Shown piece after piece: positions 26,818 through 37,612 of a DNA stretch of 64,000 bases (its first letter is position 1; each line of letters begins with the position of its first letter). This DNA is from Laetmonice hystrix. Taxonomy: Eukaryota. Below the pieces are notes generated by a model. The model was not told the DNA's origin. It worked only from the letters and a program-made list of their open reading frames with translations, and made no database searches. Position numbers and translations under genes: made by a program. Location: NCBI GenBank assembly GCA_965235115.1, contig OZ249436.1:25484001-25548000 (forward strand), in the 5' to 3' direction.

Positions 26818-29800
26818 TTAATACCATTATACCATCAACTCGCATTACAGGCCTAATGCGAAGCTCCCAGCCTAAAACGAGTTTCCAATTAATTTAAAGT
26901 TAACAAGATGCACTAATAATCGATTCCAAGCCTAATTAGGCCATTGCTAGTTGGATAACCAAATCTCATACAAAATACACCCTCCCGGCAGATGACCTGA
27001 GAATATTCAACTCTTATGTCCGATATATCCCTGTCCGCTTAGTAGCACCCAGCCGGGCCCCCATTTTGACATTGCAACACCAATACAGCAAGTGCCCAGC
27101 TAACAGCACAAATAACAGGATTCAGGGCTTCCTACCACGTTACAAGTCACAATAGATTGCTGCCTGTCGTAAAAATATACCAGACCATTTTAAAAAGTCA
27201 CAGAACCCCAATCCGGCCCTAATATGTCACTCCCAGTACCAATAGACGCTGGAAGCACCATCAACTGAAATTCAGGCCTAGAACCCACCTCTCTCTACCA
27301 ATATCATGCACCTAGTCCGTATACGAGGTTGTAATTTACTTTAATCAACGGGCTGCGCCGCAGCAACCCACTCTGGTCTTTGCAATCTTTTTCAATATGC
27401 GTTAACATTTGTGACCAGCTCAACGCGCCTTGTAAAATTTTTCAAAGTGCGTAAAAGTGTGTGTCCACCCCGACACGCTTTCCAAACCACTATACCCACC
27501 GAGCGACATCCACTCAAATACAGGCTTCGACCGATCCTCACTGTGCCAATAATCCGCCACAAGGCAAATTCAGTCAATGCAAGCTGGAAAATCGAATGTC
27601 ACACCTAATGCTTCCCCCCCCCCCAGCACGTTAACTGAAAATAATCAACTAGCTTGAAAACTAGAATATAGCTTTGTTTAGCTAACAATCTACTCTCCCA
27701 GCGCCATCAACTCGCATACAGGCGTAAAAGCAAACGCACTGCCCCATATAATGCTCCCAGCCTAAAACGATGTTGCAATTAATTTAAAATTAACAAGATG
27801 CACTAGTCATCCGATCCAAGCCTAATTACGTCATTGCTAGTTTCATAACCAAATCTCACAGAAAATACCCCACCCGGGCACATAACCTGAAAATATTCAA
27901 CTTTTATCTCCAATGTATCCCTGTGCACCTAGTAGCACCCAAGCGAGCCCAATTTTGACATTCCAACACAAATGCCGCAAATACCCGCCTAATGGCACAA
28001 AAAACTTTCTACCCCGTTGCAAGTCACATTAGCTTGCTGCTTGTCGTAAAAAATGGTGCAGACCATTTCTAAAGTCACAGTACCCCACTCCCGGCCTAAT
28101 ATTACGTTTGAGTATCCATATACGCTGCAAGCGGCAGGAACTCGAATACAGGCCTAAAAGTAACCCCAGTCTAGCAATATCATACTCCCATGCCATATAC
28201 GAGCTTGTAATTATCTTTAATTAATGGGCTCCGCAGCACCAACCCACTGCATTAACATTTGTTTACCAGCTTAACGCACCTTGTAAAATTTTTTCAAGTG
28301 CGTAAAAATGCGTGTCCACCTCCACATACTTTAAAAATCACTATACCCACCCAGCGACATCCACTCTAATACACGCCTAAAAGGAACTTCACTGTCCCAT
28401 TTGATTCTCCAGCCCGTATAGGATGTTTCAAGTAACATTCATCCACGGTCTGGCCCAATAACGTGCAACAAGGCATAGTAAGTCAATGCGAGCTCGCATG
28501 TCAAACCTAACCCGCCCCCCAGCACATGAGCTGAAAATATTCAAATAGCTTGAAAACTAGAATATAGCTTTGCTTAATACCATTATACCATCAACTCGCA
28601 TTACAGGCCTAATGCGAAGCTCCTAGCCTAAAACGAGTTTCCAATTAATTTAAAGTTAACAAGATGCACTAATAATCGATTCCAAGCCTAATTAGGCCAT
28701 TGCTAGTTGGGTAACCAAATCTCATACAAAATACACCCTCCCGGCAGATGACCTGAGAATATTCAACTCTTATGTCCGATATATCCCTGTCCGCTTAGTA
28801 GCACCCAGCCGGGCCCCCATTTTGACATTGCAACACCAATACAGCAAGTGCCCAGCTAACAGCACAAATAACAGGATTCAGGGCTTCCTACCACGTTACA
28901 AGTCACAATAGATTGCTGCCTGTCGTAAAAATATACCAGACCATTTTAAAAAGTCACAGAACCCCAATCCGGCCCTAATATGTCACTCCCAGTACCAATA
29001 GACGCTGGAAGCACCATCAACTGAAATTCAGGCCTAGAACCCACCTCTCTCTACCAATATCATGCACCTAGTCCGTATACGAGGTTGTAATTTACTTTAA
29101 TCAACGGGCTGCGCCGCAGCAACCCACTCTGGTCTTTGCAATCTTTTTCAATATGCGTTAACATTTGTGACCAGCTCAACGCGCCTTGTAAAATTTTTCA
29201 AAGTGCGTAAAAGTGTGTGTCCACCCCGACACGCTTTTCAAACCACTATACCCACCGAGCGACATCCACTCAAATACAGGCTTCGACCGATCCTCACTGT
29301 GCCAATAATCCGCCACAAGGCAAATTCAGTCAATGCAAGCTGGAAAATCGAATGTCAAACCTAATGCTCCCCCCCCCAGCACGTTAACTGAAAATAATCA
29401 ACTAGCTTGAAAACTAGAATATAGCTTTGTTTAGCTAACAATCTACTCTCCCAGCGCCATCAACTCGCATACAGGCGTAAAAGCAAACGCACTGCCCCAT
29501 ATAATGCTCCCAGCCTAAAGCGATGTTGCAATTAATTTAAAATTAACAAGATGCACTAGTAATCCGATCCAAGCCTAATTACGTCATTGCTAGTTTCATA
29601 ACCAAATCTCACAGAAAATACCCCACCCGGGCACATAACCTGAAAATATTCAACTTTTATCTCCAATGTATCCCTGTGCACCTAGTAGCACCCAAGCGGG
29701 CCCAATTTTGACATTCCAACACAAATACCGCAAATAGCCGCCTAATGGCACAAAAAACTTTCTACCCCGTTGCAAGTCACATTAGCTTGCTGCTTGTCGT

Positions 29801-29926
29801 AAAAAATGGTGCAGACCATTTCTAAAGTCACAGTACCCCACACCCGGCCTAATATTACGTTTCAGTATCCATATACGCTGCAAGCGGCAGGAACTCGAAT
29901 ACAGGCCTAAAAGTAACCCCAGTCTA
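26818..29926. repeat. 1.75-kb macrosatellite
   Basis: Unit landmarks at 27411 and 29167. Confidence 0.97.
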
Positions 29927-30885
29927 TAGATAACGTCACTAAATTGTACGCAAAAACATTAAGTTGCCGGTACGTTTTGTGCAGTTTCGCGGCCTGTATC
30001 GCCAATAATAAACATATACCATCGATTTATATCTCGTTCTCTTCCTGAGATAACAACCAATACAGTCATGTAACTTTTCAGTAAATTCCGTTAGAAGTAA
30101 ACAAGACAGGAGCGTGTGACCGGCTCGGAAAATGTTCCGAAATGTTCAATTTTTGCCGACTTTATGTCAAATAATTGTCAATATCAGCTTCAATAAAGAT
30201 GCTATCTTATCGTAAACAAAGTATGGTGTGTAAAACTAAATTTTGCTTCAGATGGTACCACTCTTACGATTATCGGTGGAATTTTTTTCAAATAAGGATC
30301 AACGGAAGACGAGCGCGAAATTTGAAGAATATGCCATATTTTTCCGTAATTCTTTGGATCTGGTGACGTGACAATGCGCGTGGTCAATTCCAAAATATCA
30401 CCGCTTCTTATCAATGTTAGGCAGTATCGAAACAAGGTTAAAATTAATTAAAACTATACCTTTACAAAGCTGACATCGACAGTTTACTGTCATCGTGTTT
30501 TCAACGCACGAGCACACGCTGAAGCCGGTTTGAACGGAAGTGAAGTTACTCTTACCAAACATTGAGAACCAGGATGTTGACCTGTGTATTTTTCTTCCTG
30601 GGTCACAGCTGTCAATCTATAATAATGCGCTAAATGTAGCACGGTTCAGTCAATGTTTATTCTGTATTTACACATTTATTTATCTTCTTACATTGTGATC
30701 CGCTAGTAGACATCATAATAAACAATCTGTGTTAACAGTGAGAGTGTAAAGCCCCAACTTATAGAGATAGCAGTGAATGTGTGCGAGTATCATCAGTATG
30801 AGTTTCGTCTGCTCGTGCGGCGATCGCCGTTGTACCGACACAATCTTCCCGTTCTCACCGGCATGCCGTGTCAGCTCCCGGCAGT

Positions 30886-33800
30886 ATGGAGAGCCAGTGC
30901 CGTGTATGCTTTGCGTACGGCTGTACACAAAGCAATCATCACCGTTGCAGCAAATGTGGGGTCAAAGGCCACACCCAGAGGACTTGTTTGAACACCATTG
31001 TTCCTGAGCCAAGTCACTTGCCGACTCCTGCTCCCCCCATACCTTTGAGGCGGGATTCAACGAAAGCCCTGACTCAGGTAAGCCAAAGGCAAAGGCTAAT
31101 TTAAGTAGGGGGTTAATGTGAATGATGAATCACCCGCTATTTTTTATGTGAGCATGTGAAATGAAGGGGTGCCTATTAAATCTAAATAATAAATATATAA
31201 TTGATACTAATTATCAAACATGGAATGAAATAAATCACAGTAAATTACAGAAAATATTCTAAGACTATTTATATTAAAAGTTCTTGTCTAGACTAACGTT
31301 ATGGCTATTCTGAACTTCACTGGTTGGTACCCTGAGGCGGTGGGGATGGGGGAGGGGATGGCGGCTAAGTACTGTGACTTGTAAGTGTAAGGCCTGTGCG
31401 AAATATTTGGCTTTACCTATATTCATTTTGGGTGGAGGCTTTCCATTAAAAATGTAGTTCTAATAAAACTTCACACATGTAAAGACCTGCATATTATGTG
31501 GCATGAAAGTGAATTAGTATTATAAAACACCATAGATACACGCACACTCACCCAAATTTATTTACATTTGAACACAGACACTTGACCAGATTTCCTCTCA
31601 AATTTGCAAATATCTTTTATCTCGTTTTAAAAATGATAGGTTAAAATTTTAATTCTAAGCCCCAGATACGCACACCCAAAAAGGAAAGGTTGCCATCCCA
31701 ATTTTTATTACACATATTTAATAGCAACATTTTAAGAAGTTTGGAAATCTGTCTCTTGAAAATGTTATTAAGTTCTGGTGCTTGAGGTCTGGGGTTGTTG
31801 TATTCCCATGCTGCTAAACATTAATAACTAGGCATTAAAAAAAATTGAAGGAATTTAGTGTTTGGTGTTATTCTCATACAAATGGTGGCCTGCGTATTTA
31901 TCTACTATTATCTTCATCACTTAGTAGTTTTTTTAATTGGATTACAGGAAGAAGTGGACATGGCTTCTCGTGTTATCCTTGGATGCCAGAACGAATACCA
32001 AGATCTAAGAGAGACCCCTTTGGACAGGTATCAATCATCCTCTTGAAATATTATTCTCTCAAATTATCATGCATTATGTGAACTTTTACGTAAATTTTCC
32101 AATACTCATTCTTACTTTAATACAGAGCTAGTCGTCTAACAGGTCTGGGAAAATCCACCCTGCACAAAATGAAAGAGTGTTTAGACAATGGGGAACATCC
32201 CCAAGCAGTAACTGACAGGCGTGGAAAGTGGCAGCGGCAAGAACCAAGGATGCTCCTCGCCAAAGTATATGGTTAATTAAATAGTAACCACTCACTATAT
32301 AGGACTTGCCTTGTGAATAAAAGAAATACTATGCACAGAGTTTACAAACAGGACGCAAATTGTTGTACTGCACTCTACTGGAACATATTATAAGTTCAAA
32401 TTGATTTTTCTATGAAAATCTGTTCAGCATTTAGCCCATACAGTATCCAGGTGTTCCTTAAGTAGAGGTGTTCCCTATCGGAGGTTTTACTGTATTTTTT
32501 CAAGTATTTACAGTTAAAGCATTAGGAATGAAAATCTCTTTTTCCCCCTCTCAATCTCTTAAATGATTATTCAGTCTCAATTTGCCTGGATTCGCAATGT
32601 TTCAATGCATAAGTAGAAACTGAAGACATTATAATTCTTTGATCTACATGTGTACTATGGGATTTTTTGTAAAGGTCAACAAGTGCATCAGCCTGATGCA
32701 CAAGAATGGGATTATGTCATCCATTCCCAAACTTGCCACAAATCTGGATTTCTACGAGGGAATCAGAGTAAGTGTTGAATATCTTATATAATCAATGTAG
32801 TGCACGACAATTTGCAGTAACCTATAGAATTTGGCAGAAGTAGCAGCTAAATGTCCAAACAGACCATGCATTGAGAGACAATTTGAAAAATTCTCATGGA
32901 CACTTTAAAAGATATATAGCAAATATTTTATATACAAATAAAATTACTTTTTTTTGTGACATCTCATACCTTCAATGCACTGTCACAACATACAAATAAC
33001 AACATTTGGTTTACATGTACATGTATATAGAATTATAAGAAAGGTATAATAATTAGAGGAAACTCGTCTCTGATATGGGATCCTGTATCAGACTCGGCGG
33101 CAAGAGTGAAGATCCACATCGGCACTCGTGCTTCCTGTGTATAGTTCATTATTTCATTTGTTTTTTAGCTCTCACACGCCACCCTTCGCCGTATCCTGAC
33201 AAAGATTGGATACAGGTACACCACCCCTGGCTCCTCACAAGTGCAGTTGGCGAAGGAAAACAAAGACATGAAAGACTATAGGCTGTCATACTTGGAGGCA
33301 ATAACCAAGGCCAGGGAAACTCGAGAGGTGGTTTATCTAGATGAATCTTACGTAAACCAACGGCACCAGTCCAACCGCTGTTGGATAAAGAGTGATGTTA
33401 AGGTAGGATGTTTGCTATTTATGTGACTTCTTAAGGAACCCATTAAAACACTTCCTGGAAATTCACCAGAAGAATTTCAGCCAATAGTCCATCTACATAA
33501 CCTCCAAAAGTGGTAATTTTTCATAGGTATACATCCCAGCTGGTAAAGGCCGCAGATATATATTATATGCTGCCGGATCTAGGAACGGATGGGTCGGGGA
33601 CCCAGTCATCTTCCCACATCGTGACAGAGGGGACTATCACGATGCTATGAATGCCAACCACTTCGAGGTAGGTTTTGTGATTTTCTCTGGAGAAATCACA
33701 ATACCTGCAGACTAAAACACTTTTCTTTTGTACCACAATTGTCATGAAAGCAGACAACTGGGTTGGGGTGAAAATCGGCCACTTATTCACTGATGTTCTA

Positions 33801-36678
33801 TTCGTCATAAATCGGTTAAAGCAGAACTTATGAGAAAAATCAGTTTCTGTATAAAAATGGTTGCATGGATGGAAACTACACTTCACAGTTCTTTCACTAT
33901 TACATGTGATAGGAGCTGTTCACCAAGACCTGTGAGCAGGCGGAAGAACTTCTGGGCCCTTGTGCCATAATTTTGGACAACGCCGCCTACCACAAACGCT
34001 TAACATCAGAAACTGACCGGGTCACCTACTGGCAAAGGCTACCAGCAAAGGAGGTGCTTTCTGCTTGGCAGGAAAAAAAGGTACATCTAGTGAGGTTAAT
34101 CTGATTAATATGATGGAACTATTCACAAATCTTATCTTTAGAACATACAACGCTGATAATTGCAGCACAGAGTGGGCATGCAGAAATAAATCACTTGTTA
34201 CACAAAGGCTTGATTTCTAGTTTTATGTTTAAAGGTACCAGGGCAGGAAAAGTATGAGGGTCCTCCTGTCAAATCAAAAAAGCAAGTAATGGACTGGCTT
34301 AAGACACATCGTCCCCAAGGTAAATATACTTAGTGCTGCATTACACATGCATCTAAAAATTAATACAAGTGTCATAACTAGAGTCCTTGATGTGCTTTGC
34401 TGTGCTGTGTAGGTATTCATTTTATTCCTTTAATCGTAGTCCTGGAGTAGTATTACAAACTCTTCCAAACTCTCATTCTAAATTCTGATTCTACAACCTC
34501 CTCAACTTTCCTCCACATAATAATGAGTGTCCCCACACTTTTACAAGTCTTTTACAGTCATTGGCAGGACCATGACACTTGACAGGCCTTCTCACGTTGA
34601 CTGTCTTCATTTTATTTAATGAAGTGAGGATTTCATACAATCTGCTATTATAATATCAAGTGTACATATCATACTCAACCACGATGGCACATAATTTATT
34701 ATGAGATATTCTCAGATATATGACTTTGGATAAAAGAATGTCCAATCTCGATGGAACATTGATGATTTTTTTAATCTCCAATGTAAACGTTCAATATCAG
34801 GACTAAGGTGAGAGCCACATACATATACTTTCATTATATATCTGGCTTGTAGAAAACCTTTCTAGGATATAATACTGTAAATCAGGAGATTTTCACAACA
34901 TTTGGTTTTTGGACCTTTCGCAGCATCTAATTTTTGCAAATTTCAAACTTTTCTCGAAAGAGGCACCTTTCTTTCCTGGTTCATCACTAGCACTTTCCAA
35001 CAGAGACAGGTGCCCGTTTGTTAAGTCATAATGTTTGGCAATAATTTACTCTGTGTGGGACAGAACTGTGGCCAGCAACTACTGCGGTGCCACAAAGTAT
35101 GCATGCACCTTAATGTTACAATGGTTCTGACATCACAGAACCTCCTGGGCAATCTGTAAAAAAAGACAAGTGTGCCAAGTTTAGCTGACTGGTGATTAAA
35201 GTTTGCCTAAGGTAGAGGGAGATTATATCACACCTTGAGATCACTTTACTTCTCCGACTATCACCCATGTAGAGACCATTGCAAACTTCATGATGTGCAT
35301 GGAACTTCTTCCTGTGCCTAAGTTTTAGGGAATTCTTTTGTTTCTCACCAAATACGAAATTACACGTGAGAATTACACAGTTTACAGTATGTATGTATGT
35401 ACTACGTATATGTTTAAAGTTCTATTATTTACACAGGTGTGTGCCAGATAAAGGCCATAGCCATGAAACATGGACATAGCATCATATATCTCCCACCTTA
35501 CCACCCTGAACTCAATGCAATCGAGACGGCATGGGCAGTGGTGAAAAACCATGTTGCAAGGCAAAACCATGCCAACGTAACGTTTGCAGACCTCCACTCC
35601 ACAATTTTGGAAGGATTTAAAAAGGTATCACTGCAGACCTGGGTGCAACTGGACGCAAAAGTTCTCAAGGAAGAGCAGGTACAGGGTTGGGGTCAAATAC
35701 GTAATTGTATAATTTGTATTTGTATTTAAATACGCCATTTTTCACTGTATTTGTATTTATTTGTATTTGAAAATTTTAAAAATGACCGTATTTGTATTTA
35801 TTTGTATTTGGTTCTGATATTTGAAATATTTGATCAAATACAGTCAAATACAGGCGTGTCCCCCCCAACAAATATCTGTAATATACAGCTGCTCACTTGA
35901 CACAGTCATGCCATTCACTGGTACAGTGTATTGTCCATATATTAGTACAAATTCTTTATATATTTACACTGAAATATTTCACTTCTGATTATGAATGTTT
36001 AATCACGGTGATATACCACATTCAATATGATTCAAAACTTCAAGTAAATATTAAGTAATATTTGATTGCCGGTGGCCAGAATATTTGTATTTATTTGTAT
36101 TTGAATCCCAAATATTTGTATTTGATTCAAATTTCAAATACAATATTTGTATTTTTTGAAAAAGACGGTATTTGTATTTATTTGTATTTGAAAAGCTCTA
36201 TTTGACCCCAACCTTGAGCAGTTACAACACCAGCAGCTGAAGGAGGATAAGGCCAAAGAGGAAGCCTTTCGAGACCTCCATCCCGACCTTATCTTCAATA
36301 CGGGTTCTGATAGCGGTGAGTATTAATGGTATTAACAAGAAATACACTAGGATATTTTACACTAACATCTTTCCAGACAAAACTTCCAGATTGTAGCCTC
36401 CAAATGTGTAAGACTGCCCATGGTTTATCAATGATGTCAAATAATTTTTTGTATTGCATCACATAAGTTGACTAAATTTCACATGATCCTTTTTTTAAGA
36501 TGATGACAGTGATGATGACCTTCTGGAGGAGCTGGCAGACGGCATAGATGGTCATGGTGGTGTGGATGGTGAGGCGGAGGGTGAGATGCCGGTGTGCCCA
36601 CATGGTGGACTGCTGCCACAGGAGGAGGACGCAGTCTCTGCCCTGCTGGCATTGGGTATAAATAACAGTAGAGTCTAG
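30886..36678 (+). CDS. Spliced DDE transposase, 11 exons, 548 aa, DD91E, with N-terminal CCHC knuckle, HTH region and acidic tail
   Basis: Exons 30886-31077, 31948-32027, 32126-32264, 32675-32767, 33169-33402, 33527-33667, 33913-34080, 34235-34319, 35437-35678, 36222-36315, 36500-36678. All introns are GT-AG and phases are consistent; total 1647 nt with no internal stop. Motifs: CSKCGVKGHTQRTC; RASRLTGLGKSTLHKM (HTH-like); LSHATLRRILTKIGYRY; VVYLDESY (D at 33340); PAGKGRRYILYAAGS; GDYHDAMNANHFE; IILDNAAYH (D at 33976); YLPPYHPELNAIETAW (E at 35523). The start codon and first exons are less certain than the catalytic exons. Confidence 0.85.
35682..36216. mobile_element. hAT-type MITE (535 bp) forming intron 9 of the transposase
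   Basis: TIRs cagggttggggtcaaata / tatttgaccccaaccttg (17/18). 8-bp TSD agcaggta (35674-81) / agcagtta (36217-24). Repeated subterminal gtatttgtattt motifs. Confidence 0.85.
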
Positions 36679-36702
36679 TAGCAATAGGTACGGGATTGAG
36701 TC

Positions 36703-36970
36703 TTACTCTTGAGCCGGTACCGTATGCAGTCTTTTCCAGTGAGGATCTGACGAGATCTTGTACGATTCATGTAGAAACTTGTATGTCTCGGTTAAGTCTG
36801 TTTTGCACCTTCTACTGGCTAACGTACTGAATTCGACTGGTTCGGGGCAGAGTCTATAGAACTGTCTTTGACTTTGTACCTTTTCCAGAGCGTTGATATC
36901 TTTTGCTAGGTGAGGGTTCCATACAGTAGATCCATATTCTAAATACTCCATACTCCAGGTGAGGTCTCAC
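36703..36970 (-). pseudogene. Decayed fragment of a CR1/L2-group non-LTR retrotransposon ORF2 C-terminus
   Basis: VRPHLEYG / LEYGSTVWNPHLAKDINALEKVQ...TLASRRCKTDLTETYKFLH resembles the post-RT motif VRPHLEY..W.P....DI..LEKVQ....L..RR...DL.ETYK.L; frameshifted. Confidence 0.7.
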
Positions 36971-37612
36971 TTGTGAGTTGTGTTGTGTATGATGATGAGT
37001 GTGAATACACAATTTGTTTTGTTGACGTGCAGTAAAAGGGCGGTGTCTTAAATAAACATAATGGAAACATTGTCTCTGGGTTGTCTCTGTTAGTCTGTAT
37101 ATCATTTTTGGTGACGATGTCAAATGGGCCATCCAGCACTGACAGTCACAGCAGTCAGTGTCAGTGACAGCAGTGCCAGTTGCCCATCGCACGAGTTGGT
37201 CACTGCAGTTCAGCATTTTCCCCAAAGCAATCATCTATCTGTGTTTATGGGACAATCTTAGGATAATCTATACATCTTAAGACACGATACCGTGAACAAT
37301 CATCGCTCTTTTCGGTTTAAATCCGTAGTTACCAAAGTGCTTCCGTGCATTCCACAGGCACAGTCAGTGGAGGGTTGCGCGGGAGTGAGCGATAATACAG
37401 GAATTTCCGGGGGGCGCTGACCTCGCGGTTGCATCCTCCCGATTAAAATTAATAAAAAAGACAACTTTTTATATATGTATTCACTATTTATCTCAATAGC
37501 GTATTGTTACAGATTTAGAAGTGCTTATCACTTCAGTTCTGTAATTTGCATAAGAGATTCCTTGAGTCTAAGTGGACCGACGTTGCTGTTTACAATTTGG
37601 TGGCGCCATCTA

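Larger units (their letters stand above)
29927..37612 (+). mobile_element. Putatively autonomous IS630/Tc1/mariner-group DNA transposon (7686 bp), long DD-E spacing, Sailor-like
   Basis: TA TSD at 29925-26 and 37613-14 (empty site gtcTAgcaa). 22-bp imperfect TIRs tagataacgtcactaaattgta vs tagatggcgccaccaaattgta (18/22). Landmark spacing 29167 to 38608 equals one unit plus 7688 bp. Contains a spliced DDE transposase. Confidence 0.9.

Noticed and set aside
32450..32494. MITE end-like sequence (gaggttttactgta) in transposase intron 3
   Set aside because: No matching partner TIR or TSD found; at most an old relic.
29927..37612. Fanzor/TnpB cargo in the Tc1/mariner-group element
   Set aside because: No RuvC-like motifs found; the space is accounted for by transposase exons, introns and a LINE fragment.
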